DNA from: a virus | DNA length: 64,000 nt | Strand: one strand, 5' to 3' | Virus record (IMG/VR): IMGVR_UViG_3300021964_000022 | Span: 1-64,000 of that record | Part shown: positions 17,894-27,268 of the stretch, one piece after another | How positions within the stretch are numbered: position 1 is the first letter of the stretch | Layout of the letters: each line of letters opens with the position of its first letter | The notes under the pieces: model-generated | What the model was told of the DNA's origin: nothing | Database searches by the model: none | Seen by the model: the letters and a program-made list of their open reading frames with translations, nothing else | Made by a program: the position numbers and the translations under genes

Positions 17894-18724
17894 GTGTTTA
17901 ATAGGTATTCCTTGAATTATTTCTTCAGTAGTCCATTCGGTGTGTGCGTAGTCATTAAGCCATTGTGTTCGATCTGGCATTAAAGGCTGTTCTATATCAT
18001 GTAAAAAGTCTATGTCATTGCCTACATCATAAGCAAGACTATTATTGCTAACAAAACTAGGAACACCGTTGATGACAGAATGAATCCCAGGATTGCTACT
18101 CCAAGAAATAGTAGCATGTATATTATCAAAAGCCATATCAAAATCATCATAAGTGCCATCTAATTGCCTTGGTTCCTGTCTTGTTACATGCCTAAGTCCA
18201 CGTTCGATATGTTCTAATCTACAACGTGGGTGTGGCCGAAATATAATTGGCCTATCTGTGTGTTTTCGAATCTCATCGTAAGTATTAAGAAACCAGTTGC
18301 TCATACGAGGCATGTTTTGCCATTGTAAACTCTTATCATGCTGTCCACATATAAGAATGTATTTGCCTTCAGTACGCCAGGGCTTTACTTCGAGTCCCAG
18401 TAAACGCTTACGGCTATCATCGTTATTGCCATCCCCAAAATAAGCATTTCTATTAATTCCATTTAGTCCTACCTTCCAAGTGGATCCTCGGCGTATTCCA
18501 CCAACTTCTAATACTATTGTTGGTTTACCTTCGGCTTGGTTTCGTTCCCATATAGCTTGGTTTCCAGCCATACGACCGTTCCAAAGTACGCTCCAAATAA
18601 CATCAATCCCGTCGCTACCATTAATAACAACATCATGTTTAAGAGCATTAGCACCAGCATGAAAGGCATCAAACACAGGCTTGCTATTGAGAGCACCAAA
18701 TCTTTCATGTAAATTAAACCTCAT
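17876..18724 (-). CDS. GT-B glycosyltransferase-like, KpsC/KpsS (capsule synthesis)-like
   Basis: ILICGQHDKS, IIFRPHPR, ISWSSNPGIHSVINGVPSF, RTQWLNDYAHTEW. Confidence 0.6.
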   Translation of the reverse strand: MRFNLHERFGALNSKPVFDAFHAGANALKHDVVINGSDGIDVIWSVLWNGRMAGNQAIWERNQAEGKPTIVLEVGGIRRGSTWKVGLNGINRNAYFGDGNNDDSRKRLLGLEVKPWRTEGKYILICGQHDKSLQWQNMPRMSNWFLNTYDEIRKHTDRPIIFRPHPRCRLEHIERGLRHVTRQEPRQLDGTYDDFDMAFDNIHATISWSSNPGIHSVINGVPSFVSNNSLAYDVGNDIDFLHDIEQPLMPDRTQWLNDYAHTEWTTEEIIQGIPIKHLTSLL

Positions 18725-19553
18725 TCCAATACGATTCTGGTCTATGTTGAACTAAATCTTTTGCTAGGCTTTTACCAGAATCTTTCCTCCCGCCTTTCAT
18801 ATGATCAAACCATGTGCCTAAAACACAGTTAATTAGCGGATGTCCTCCGCCACCTGTTTTAGCAGTTCTGTTAACAATGTTTGCTGTATAGTCTAATACA
18901 TTGTTGTCGATATCTCTTAATTGATTAAGTATGTGTCCAAACACATAACTGTCGTGCCATTCTTCCAATTCAAATATACCATTATTGGCATCTTCATAAA
19001 ACCTTTCAAACTCTTTTAAAAACTGTATGCACATTGGATGTCTTAAATTCATACCATAGAATCCACACTCCGGCCAACTACGAACATCTTTGCCTCTGCC
19101 AACAAATGTTAACCATTTATCATTAGGTAATAGTTCAGCAAACTCTGCATAACTTATATTGTTATGTACGTAAGTATCTGCATCCATCCAAATTAACCAA
19201 TCTGTTTCTTTATCTTCTGCGGCATGAAATACAGCGTAAACTTTATTAGCAAAGCGTACTGCGTCCCATTTAAATTCTTTATGATGATCTCTTGGACGTC
19301 TTTCAGGGAATGGACATTTACCATTTGCTTTAGGTACATCTTTCCAACGCTCTTTAAATGCATTTAGTTTTGGTAGATTATGTCTTGCATCATATATGTC
19401 AACATGGCCACCATTTGATTGTGGCAAACAGTCTTCGGCATATACCTTTAATTGTATTTTTGGATCTACACGTTCTGCATAGCTATCTATAAAACGCTGT
19501 CCATATTTAACTAGTCCTGGTTGATGGAATGTTGTTACTGCTGTTATTTTCAT
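18714..19553 (-). CDS. GT-A glycosyltransferase / nucleotide-diphospho-sugar transferase
   Basis: WDAVRFANKV, WMDAD (DxD), ECGF, HDSYVF, HMKG. Confidence 0.75.
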   Translation of the reverse strand: MKITAVTTFHQPGLVKYGQRFIDSYAERVDPKIQLKVYAEDCLPQSNGGHVDIYDARHNLPKLNAFKERWKDVPKANGKCPFPERRPRDHHKEFKWDAVRFANKVYAVFHAAEDKETDWLIWMDADTYVHNNISYAEFAELLPNDKWLTFVGRGKDVRSWPECGFYGMNLRHPMCIQFLKEFERFYEDANNGIFELEEWHDSYVFGHILNQLRDIDNNVLDYTANIVNRTAKTGGGGHPLINCVLGTWFDHMKGGRKDSGKSLAKDLVQHRPESYWNEV

Positions 19554-20491
19554 TTTAATATCGCCCAATTTTTCATATGTTGCCAACATGCTCCTGACTT
19601 TAGCTCATCTAATCGCCAATGACACATTGCTATTCGTTGTATCCAAGTTTCTCTGTCAAAGTGTCTTGGATTTTCTATTTCGTTTAAATCTGTATGTGAT
19701 ACAGGTCCTGCTTGTGCTTTCATAGGATCGGTTACAAATGTAGGTATACCTTCGATTGCGGCCGCTACTGTTGGACTACTATTATGATTAACTACACAAT
19801 GAGCGCCAGCAAAGTCTGCCATTAATGGCCTTGTTCGTTCACTAATAGTTACATTGTTATGACCAAGTCTACTTATTTTTAATGCATGATCTTTTGCTTT
19901 CTTATCTCCAGGATGTAATCTAATACGTATAGGTCTATCAGTTACTCGTTTAATTCTAAGTATCATAGGATGTAACCAAGGAACAACATGTTTCCCTTCC
20001 ATACTCCAACCACCGTCACGTTGACAACAAATTAAAATATGATTGCCATCTTTTCTATTTGGCTGAAGTTTTAATCCTAGATCTTTTTGTATTTGTTGCC
20101 ATCTACGTGGGTCCGGATGATCCCAACAATATTCGCCACTATCACAAAATACACCATCGTAACTATATCTTAAATAAGTTCTAGTGTTTGACGGGTCTGC
20201 ATATAAAAATAAATTTGCATCTGCAATAATAGTACGCTTGTTTTTATTTTTTTGATTCTCTAATACTTGTCTACGTAAATCTAAATGCGGAACATGTTTA
20301 CTTTGTGGATGCACAAATCCTTGTAGGATTGCTACATCACTAGGGTAGTGATGGAAGTTATCAATTACTTTACCATCGTCGCCGCTTTTACAAACACCTT
20401 CTATAAAATATTTTAATAATCTTGGTTTTTCTGAATTTGAATTGCCGGGCGGTATTCCCTTCATATATGCGTTTACAGTTAATCTACTCAT
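19550..20491 (-). CDS. GT-B glycosyltransferase-like, KpsC/KpsS-like
   Basis: ILICCQRD, IRIRLHPGD, VVNHNSSPTVAAAIEGIPTF. Confidence 0.6.
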   Translation of the reverse strand: MSRLTVNAYMKGIPPGNSNSEKPRLLKYFIEGVCKSGDDGKVIDNFHHYPSDVAILQGFVHPQSKHVPHLDLRRQVLENQKNKNKRTIIADANLFLYADPSNTRTYLRYSYDGVFCDSGEYCWDHPDPRRWQQIQKDLGLKLQPNRKDGNHILICCQRDGGWSMEGKHVVPWLHPMILRIKRVTDRPIRIRLHPGDKKAKDHALKISRLGHNNVTISERTRPLMADFAGAHCVVNHNSSPTVAAAIEGIPTFVTDPMKAQAGPVSHTDLNEIENPRHFDRETWIQRIAMCHWRLDELKSGACWQHMKNWAILK

Positions 20492-21294
20492 AGCTGATGT
20501 TCCTCTTGTAGCCTTAATGCAATTCCTTGCATTAATTCAATGGGTGAATATTGTTGATATGCTATCCAATTCCAAAACGATCTTACTAAGTCTTCGTCTG
20601 GGTACTTAGCATTATCAATAGTGGATAAATCTGTACTACATATAACATCACCTGCATGTGGGGCCATTGTAAATGCAGGTATACCATAATGTACTGCTTC
20701 CAATGCCGCAATACTATTATAGGTTACTACAGCATATATTCCTTCTCTTGCACACTGAGATCCTATACTATTATCTTTAATACGTTCTGAGCGTAGCCCT
20801 TTGTCTCTAATTTTTATTGGTCTATCTGTATACTTTCGAATCTTCTCAATAGTTTCTGTTACCCATGTATCTCTATCTATTCCGTAATACTGACACGGTT
20901 TGCCGCTTGGAGTAACTAGCAATATAGGTCCTGACTGTGTAACTTTTTTTCCGTGATAAACTAACCAAGGACATAAAGAAACTTGGCCGCGCCATCTGTC
21001 TCCGGGCAGTTCCTTAAAACGTCCGATATGCTGTATATCGTTCTTTACAACTCTATAAAAAAATTTCCTCTTCATACTATTGCCCATATAACCATTGTCA
21101 ATATAATAAAAATCTCGTTTACTATCTTTTAATAAACTATGCATAAGTTTGCGTTTAGTCATACTACGAAATGCAATAGGAATGCTTTCGTCATATTGGT
21201 TAAGGTTTTTCTTATCAATCCATGTTGAGTTTGCACCTGATGCCCATAACTTCATTATTTCGTCGTTTGGGTCTAAGCACAACATATTAGTCAT
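20488..21294 (-). CDS. GT-B glycosyltransferase-like, KpsC/KpsS-like paralog
   Basis: YYIDNGY, LLVTPS, IKIRDK, VVTYNSIAALEAVHYGIPAF. Confidence 0.55.
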   Translation of the reverse strand: MTNMLCLDPNDEIMKLWASGANSTWIDKKNLNQYDESIPIAFRSMTKRKLMHSLLKDSKRDFYYIDNGYMGNSMKRKFFYRVVKNDIQHIGRFKELPGDRWRGQVSLCPWLVYHGKKVTQSGPILLVTPSGKPCQYYGIDRDTWVTETIEKIRKYTDRPIKIRDKGLRSERIKDNSIGSQCAREGIYAVVTYNSIAALEAVHYGIPAFTMAPHAGDVICSTDLSTIDNAKYPDEDLVRSFWNWIAYQQYSPIELMQGIALRLQEEHQL

Positions 21295-21961
21295 TCATCA
21301 TATCCTGTAGTTCTTGTTTCCATAATTCATTAAATTCACAGTTCCTATAGTTTTCAAACCAAGGACCGCCTTCTGTATAATGTATTAGTTTTGGTTTTTC
21401 AATATCATCATATACACCTACTAGATAGTTCCATGTGTGATCAATGCTACCAATTTCTTCATCTTTTAACCAACTAAAGCGATGCATATATGCGCCGTTA
21501 AGTTCAATTTCGTTTACAAAGTCTTGATTAACAACTTTATTACTAGGGTGTCCGCAGTTCCAAAGTACCATACTACTCCAATTCTTACGTGGATAGATAG
21601 TTTGTTTTTGTCCGTCCATCTTTGTAGTTTCAGTTACTTTGTAATCATGTTGCACACACATTACAGCATACTTGTCATCTGCTTGATCAAATAGTTCTTT
21701 GATGTCTGTTGTAAGTATCATGTCACTGTCCATAAACACTGCCCAACCTTTAAAGTTGCATAATTCAGGAATAAGAAAACGTGTAAAAGTAAACTCAGTA
21801 CTTGCTAACTTATCAATAGGTCTATTATACCATCCTGCATCTCTTAATTCTTGTTGCTTGAGAGGACGTACATCAGCTTCTGGTGATTTGGTTAAGATAC
21901 TGTGCTTACATACTTGATATGCAATATCTTCTCTAGTATCGTATCCTACAAATACTTTCAT
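21287..21961 (-). CDS. GT-A glycosyltransferase (GT8-like)
   Basis: VFVGYD.RE, STEFTFTRF, FMDSDM, YPRKNWSS, WNYLV, HYTEGGPWF. Confidence 0.85.
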   Translation of the reverse strand: MKVFVGYDTREDIAYQVCKHSILTKSPEADVRPLKQQELRDAGWYNRPIDKLASTEFTFTRFLIPELCNFKGWAVFMDSDMILTTDIKELFDQADDKYAVMCVQHDYKVTETTKMDGQKQTIYPRKNWSSMVLWNCGHPSNKVVNQDFVNEIELNGAYMHRFSWLKDEEIGSIDHTWNYLVGVYDDIEKPKLIHYTEGGPWFENYRNCEFNELWKQELQDMMND

Positions 21962-22728
21962 TAATTTCTCCTTTCAATATCTTCTTCTATGCACTCACTA
22001 CCCCATTGTAATTCTAGTATGTGTGCATTTTCAGTGCCGGGGTTTGAAGCTTTGTGCCATACTTCGACTCCAATTTCATATGGGTTTGTATGAGGCTTTA
22101 GTAATAACGAGTCTTTATTATTGTTATACTCTGTATCCATTTGTACTTCACCTTCTAAAACAATCCATTGTTCTGAGCGTTTAAAATGTTTTTGATCACT
22201 TAGGCTCTTGCCTGGATATATTACTAGTTCTTTTACTTTATATCCTTTTTCTGGTTTGTGATCTAATACACGCCAGTAACCCCAATCACGCATTGTCTTA
22301 GGATTTTTAAATTCTTCTAGAATCCAACTACTTGAATTCTTTTTATCATCGCCGCCAACACCGTATACAAAAGTTAATTCACCAGTATTGTCGTCAAATA
22401 ATTCAGGAATATTATCTGCTTGTCTATCTCCGCCATTGGCAAAGATAATTTCGTTATCTGGATAAATCTCTCTAGTTTTAACAATAGCGCCTGTAGCACT
22501 ACCATCGTCATCGTTAAAATTAATAACTCTATCTACACATTCTAATGCTTCTATTATAGTGGCACGCTCGTTCCATGTCATAAATGCTTTACCTTTTTTA
22601 CGTGCTAACCATTCGTCGGAGTTTAATCCAACAACTAATTTTTTACCTAAAGCCTTTGCGGCTTTAAAGTATGATATATGTCCTGAGTGAAGTGGATCAA
22701 ATCCACCTGTAACTAATACTACATTCAT
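21961..22728 (-). CDS. Cytidylyltransferase-family nucleotidyltransferase fused to a ManC-type cupin
   Basis: TGGFDPLHSGH, GLNSDEWL, FANGGDR, SSS; C-terminal RDWG...LSDQKHFKRSEQW..WH. Confidence 0.88.
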   Translation of the reverse strand: MNVVLVTGGFDPLHSGHISYFKAAKALGKKLVVGLNSDEWLARKKGKAFMTWNERATIIEALECVDRVINFNDDDGSATGAIVKTREIYPDNEIIFANGGDRQADNIPELFDDNTGELTFVYGVGGDDKKNSSSWILEEFKNPKTMRDWGYWRVLDHKPEKGYKVKELVIYPGKSLSDQKHFKRSEQWIVLEGEVQMDTEYNNNKDSLLLKPHTNPYEIGVEVWHKASNPGTENAHILELQWGSECIEEDIERRN

Positions 22729-22733
22729 GTTAG

Positions 22734-22762
22734 TATTTATATACCTACATAACTACTAAATA
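22734..22762. promoter_or_regulatory. Divergent T4-type late promoters (TATAAATA on minus, CTAAATA on plus), each 5 nt from an ATG
   Basis: Minus TATAAATActaacATG (22728); plus cTAAATAtttttATG (22768). Confidence 0.65.
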
Positions 22763-22767
22763 TTTTT

Positions 22768-23547
22768 ATGGCAATAATAATACATAGAGACGATAAATCT
22801 AATGCAGGAGACTACTGGGCAAGGCCTAGCCATTATTTTCCTATTAAAGAAGACAAAATTTTAGATATTGAAAAACTAAAACCATTTCAAACAGAACAAA
22901 CAATAATCATCGGCGGCGGCGGATTATTAGGTAGACCTAAGTGGACTGAAGTTATAGAAGAAATAAGCAAAAATAATAAAGTTATCTTATGGGGGGCAGG
23001 ACATAATATGTATACTAATAAACGAATATCATATACAGTTTGTAGTCCAGTAAAATCTGAACTTCCATCTTTTATGAATAATTTTACAAAGATAGGATTA
23101 CGTGATTACAATATGGGATACAACTGGGTTCCTTGTCCGAGCTGTATGCACACTGCTTTTAACAAAGCGATGAAAGTAAAAAAAACAAAGGATACAATTG
23201 GTATTAGACATAAAAAATTAAAGATGAGGACTGATTTATTTAAAATAATATCTCATGTTCAGAAGCCTGAGGACCTAGAAGAATTTTTATGTAATATTGC
23301 ACAATATGAAAACGTAGTTACTAATACATACCACGGAGCATACTGGGCTATGTTATTAGGTTGCAAAGTTATATTACAACCTTGGTCTAGTAAGTTTAAT
23401 GACTTAGGATTTAATTACGGAACAATAAAAAATGATGTTTCTAATTATAGAGCAATATTAGACACTATTAAACCAAACAACAATGCATTAGATATTGCAA
23501 AAGATGCTAATAAAAAGTTTTTTACTTCCTGTGAATATTTGATATAA
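22768..23547 (+). CDS. Polysaccharide pyruvyltransferase-like protein
   Basis: NAGD, IIIGGGGLL, LWGAG, GLRD, CPS, VVTNTYHG. Confidence 0.7.
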   Translation: MAIIIHRDDKSNAGDYWARPSHYFPIKEDKILDIEKLKPFQTEQTIIIGGGGLLGRPKWTEVIEEISKNNKVILWGAGHNMYTNKRISYTVCSPVKSELPSFMNNFTKIGLRDYNMGYNWVPCPSCMHTAFNKAMKVKKTKDTIGIRHKKLKMRTDLFKIISHVQKPEDLEEFLCNIAQYENVVTNTYHGAYWAMLLGCKVILQPWSSKFNDLGFNYGTIKNDVSNYRAILDTIKPNNNALDIAKDANKKFFTSCEYLI

Positions 23548-24322
23548 AAGTCTTAGTATGAAGTTTTGCTTGTTGATTACGATCACGTTTCATAGCCTTT
23601 TGTATCATCCTGTCTTTATCGTCACCTTTAACATGAGTTAGATACTGGCCAATTTTAGAAGTTGCCATAGGATTTTTATCATCAGTTCTTGTAGAATTTA
23701 AATCAACAAATTGTATTGGTTGCCCAAACTTTTTACGTGCTATGTCAAACACATAACTGTCATGTGTTTGTTCTAATTTTTCTAGATTGTTAGCATGATA
23801 ATAACTTTCAAAAAGAGAAACAAAATCATATGTTCCTTTTTGCCAAGTATTATACCCTACAAACCCACACTCACTGTGTGTATCAAATCTTCCTATGTAA
23901 CTTACTAGTTTACCGTTAGGCATTAATCGATCTAATTCTAATACTGAAAACTCTGTTTGACAATAGACATCACAATCGATCCAATATACTTTTTGATTTG
24001 GATGTTCTTTAAGAAATCTAAACAAAGGAAATATTTTATTACTAAATTTTATAGCGTCCCATCTATAATTGTAGCTAGGTTTTTTACCATTATAATATTC
24101 ATTATTTTTGTGCTTTTTTTCAAACGCTAATACTTCTGGACACTCTCTATGCAAATTATGAAATTTAACTCTAGTACTAAATCCTCTTGGATTGCCTAAG
24201 TCTTCGCTGTACACATGTATTTCAACTTTGTTAGGAAATCTTTTATCCCAACTAGTTAACGTATAACAAGCACCTTCGTCAAAATATTTCTTATTCATAC
24301 TTGTAACTATTTTATGATACAT
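23522..24322 (-). CDS. GT-A glycosyltransferase, paralog of 18714..19553
   Basis: WDAIKFSNKI, WIDCD, SECGF, HDSYVF, HVKG. Confidence 0.75.
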   Translation of the reverse strand: MYHKIVTSMNKKYFDEGACYTLTSWDKRFPNKVEIHVYSEDLGNPRGFSTRVKFHNLHRECPEVLAFEKKHKNNEYYNGKKPSYNYRWDAIKFSNKIFPLFRFLKEHPNQKVYWIDCDVYCQTEFSVLELDRLMPNGKLVSYIGRFDTHSECGFVGYNTWQKGTYDFVSLFESYYHANNLEKLEQTHDSYVFDIARKKFGQPIQFVDLNSTRTDDKNPMATSKIGQYLTHVKGDDKDRMIQKAMKRDRNQQAKLHTKTFISNIHRK

Positions 24323-24999
24323 TATCTTTTTACCTTTGGATCAGCTGTCATAATTAAACTTTTCCTTACATTACTAGTCCATTCTAAAGGTCGATATCCT
24401 AGTTTAGCAAGTGTGCGAATTGGATCACCGTATTGTTGACCATATCGAGCACCGTGTCCTTTATTTTCAAATAAAATCAAAGGCTTAGTATTAGCAATAG
24501 TTTGTAAGCCACCTTCTAAGACTTTAGTTTCATACCCTTCGACATCTATTTTAATAAAATCAACATCAGTAATATTAAAACTATCTAATGTAGTTATAGG
24601 CAAGCTCCCTGGGCCAGATGCTACGTGTGTACTTAATGTTTTTGTTGTACGCACAAGCGATACAGATTCGTTAGTGTTGCCTAGACCTGTTTTATGTAAT
24701 TCGACATTACTTACATTTTGCGTTTTTAAGTTAGTTTCAAAGCAATGATATAAACTAGAATCAATTTCAAATGCATGTATTTTATTAAATTTTTTAGACA
24801 TTTGATAAGATAGCATACCAATATGTGCTCCAACGTCAAGAGCAGTGCGCCAAGATTTTAAATGTCGTAATGCTTTATTAAGTTCGTCTGATTGATATAA
24901 TGCAGGAGTTTCATAGTTTTTAATTGCTGTGCGTAATGACACATCACCGCTAGTTGTTATCCAACCTTGAGCTTCGATGTATTCATTGTGCTTTTGCAT
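24322..24999 (-). CDS. FkbM-family SAM methyltransferase
   Basis: LDVGAHIG, HAFE, FIKIDVEGYE..VLEG. Confidence 0.9.
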   Translation of the reverse strand: MQKHNEYIEAQGWITTSGDVSLRTAIKNYETPALYQSDELNKALRHLKSWRTALDVGAHIGMLSYQMSKKFNKIHAFEIDSSLYHCFETNLKTQNVSNVELHKTGLGNTNESVSLVRTTKTLSTHVASGPGSLPITTLDSFNITDVDFIKIDVEGYETKVLEGGLQTIANTKPLILFENKGHGARYGQQYGDPIRTLAKLGYRPLEWTSNVRKSLIMTADPKVKR

Positions 25000-25786
25000 G
25001 TAATTCTTCTATCAAGCGTATAGCTGTCCCATCACTCATTTCCTTAGGAGTATATTGGCAATACGCTAACCAATTTTGCCATGCTACAACTTTATCTTCA
25101 TCCGGATAAAAAGGTGACTCAATATCACTAATATTTTTTGTACATAATTTACTTGCTGATCCTGGAGCAGTTGCTATTGCAGGAACACCACAACTTAATG
25201 CTTCAACAGCCGCTATACTATTGTATGTAACTAAGCAATGTATTTTTTCATTTACTAATTGTACAGGTACGCTATTGTCGCCTACACGTAAGACTCGACC
25301 TACCTTGTCACGCACAATAATTTTCCTGTCAGTATACTTTTTTAATTCTGCAACTGTTTTTTCAACCCATTCATCTCTATCAATGCCGTAGAATATACAA
25401 GGTTTTGCAGAAGGTGTTACAACAAGTACTGGGCCGTCAAACTTTTTCCAACCTCTAAATCTTAGGTTTGATTCTGCATTTGGTAGTTTTAAAAATCGAT
25501 CCTCAGGCAAGTCATAATTAGGAATCATGTTTTGTACATTATTTTTAACTATACGATGCCACTCTTTACGCTTTTGTAGGTTTCCCAAATAACCTGTATC
25601 AATGTAATAATAATCTCTTTTTTGAGTGTCACACAAATGTATCAACTTACGTTGAGTTAACCCGCGTAATATAACTGGCGTGTTGTCTTCATTCTTTTTT
25701 AAACTAGGGAAGTTTGTAGACTCTACATTGTCAAAACACTTGGCGAAGTCTCCAAGTATAGCATCTTCGGTATCTGTTATATACAT
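24983..25786 (-). CDS. GT-B glycosyltransferase-like, paralog of 20488..21294
   Basis: YYIDTGY, LVVTPS, IIVRDK, LVTYNSIAAVEALSCGVPAI. Confidence 0.55.
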   Translation of the reverse strand: MYITDTEDAILGDFAKCFDNVESTNFPSLKKNEDNTPVILRGLTQRKLIHLCDTQKRDYYYIDTGYLGNLQKRKEWHRIVKNNVQNMIPNYDLPEDRFLKLPNAESNLRFRGWKKFDGPVLVVTPSAKPCIFYGIDRDEWVEKTVAELKKYTDRKIIVRDKVGRVLRVGDNSVPVQLVNEKIHCLVTYNSIAAVEALSCGVPAIATAPGSASKLCTKNISDIESPFYPDEDKVVAWQNWLAYCQYTPKEMSDGTAIRLIEELHAKAQ

Positions 25787-25787
25787 T

Positions 25788-26507
25788 TTAGGTAAAATCA
25801 TAATATAAGTCTTGTATAATTTGCTGTTTCTGTAAATAAGGATTGGCTCCAAAGTAATTAACACTAGGTGCATTAGGTCCTGACGTAGGAGCAAAAATCC
25901 AACATGTTTTACTTTTACAGTGTAAGGGGCTATAATCTAAACTCTTAAAATATCTTACCATATCATCTACATCTTGATTAGGCTCAAAGATTACCCAAGG
26001 TGTAAATTTTTCTATTGTTTTCTTTGCGCCTTGTATTACAGGCCATTCATAACCTTGGACATCAATTTTAATTAAATTACATTCTTGCAAGTGTTCGTCG
26101 TCTAATTTTCTTACTTCTATTTCGTAAGAGTGTTTCTTTTTCTTGTTAACAATATGTGCATTACCGCAGTTGTCTTCACTGTCAACAAACTGTAAAGTAG
26201 TACTGATATCACCAAGTCCTGCTTCGTGTATTTCAACATCCTGTACGTTATTGTAAAGGCATTCTAAATTACGTGGACTTGGTTCGTAAGCAATTACTTT
26301 ATTAAATTTTTTTGAAAGAGGATAGGACCAGATACCGATATTAGCACCAACATCAACAAATGTACCAAATTGAGGTAATGCTTCTAGTATTAATTTTCTT
26401 ACTCTGTATTCATATGTTGGGGCTTCTTTGTCTAGATTTTCAATTACGTGACTTGTAATTTTCTTTTCATTATCTGGTACATACCACCCGTTGGCTAATT
26501 GGTACAT
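25788..26507 (-). CDS. FkbM-family SAM methyltransferase
   Basis: VDVGANIG, AYEP, LIKIDVQGYE..VIQG. Confidence 0.9.
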   Translation of the reverse strand: MYQLANGWYVPDNEKKITSHVIENLDKEAPTYEYRVRKLILEALPQFGTFVDVGANIGIWSYPLSKKFNKVIAYEPSPRNLECLYNNVQDVEIHEAGLGDISTTLQFVDSEDNCGNAHIVNKKKKHSYEIEVRKLDDEHLQECNLIKIDVQGYEWPVIQGAKKTIEKFTPWVIFEPNQDVDDMVRYFKSLDYSPLHCKSKTCWIFAPTSGPNAPSVNYFGANPYLQKQQIIQDLYYDFT

Positions 26508-26573
26508 TAATTTGTCCTCATGTTAATAATACTATTTAACATTATACCTTAATGCTCTAAAATCGTTCTGATA

Positions 26574-27029
26574 TTATAATGTTGCGTCTTCCATCCCTGC
26601 AACTCTGAGCTTAACAACGTTTGTGATCTGCCATTGTTTTTGATCAAGTGCTTTAAGTACGCCCAGCCATTTGTTACGCATTAGTGCAAACTCGTTGATA
26701 ATCTTTTCGTAGTCAACAACGTCTGCCTCACCGTCAACGTATTTTTCAACGTCACGGCTTGACAGAGCTCGTTGATAATTTTCAAGATACTTCTTAAAGT
26801 ATGAACTACGCAATCTGCGTAGCTCAATATTTAGATAGTTTAGTATAGCTTCAATTTCTTGAAGTTGGTTAAACCGATGCTCTACAATGCCTGGCATTGA
26901 TGCTGATGAACGTTCAACATTACCTGTAAGTTTACATTCAACTCTTGCTTCAACTAATTCGTTTTCAAAGTGTGCAATAGCATCTGGTATCTTAGATACA
27001 TCACGTGAAACTTCGCTATACCAACCCAT
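26574..27029 (-). CDS. Recombination mediator (UvsY-like)
   Basis: Helical ~150 aa, D.EKYVDGE, KQWQITNVVKLRVAGME; adjacent to uvsX. Confidence 0.7.
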   Translation of the reverse strand: MGWYSEVSRDVSKIPDAIAHFENELVEARVECKLTGNVERSSASMPGIVEHRFNQLQEIEAILNYLNIELRRLRSSYFKKYLENYQRALSSRDVEKYVDGEADVVDYEKIINEFALMRNKWLGVLKALDQKQWQITNVVKLRVAGMEDATL

Positions 27030-27265
27030 TAGTCTTCCCAATCATTGTCTAGGTAATCATCATCATCTTCGTCTATGTCTAAATAATATCTTATTGCTGT
27101 GTCTAAATAATCACAGTTCCCCATGCATTCTCTAAGAAGCATATCTGAAGTTCCATAATCAGCAATAAGATCTACATACTTTTCCGCACATATTTCAATG
27201 TGCTTCTTATCAGCATGTTCTTTAAACAATAACCAAGTATCAACAATTTGTGATGTATTATCCAT
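27029..27265 (-). CDS. Small acidic hypothetical protein
   Basis: 78 aa between uvsX and uvsY, acidic tail. Confidence 0.7.
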   Translation of the reverse strand: MDNTSQIVDTWLLFKEHADKKHIEICAEKYVDLIADYGTSDMLLRECMGNCDYLDTAIRYYLDIDEDDDDYLDNDWED

Positions 27266-27268
27266 ATA

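Noticed and set aside
10487-26507. Bacterial LPS/capsule locus or host contamination
   Set aside because: The genes are interleaved and overlap with T4-like core genes (gp62, uvsW, uvsY) and use the same phage late-promoter motif
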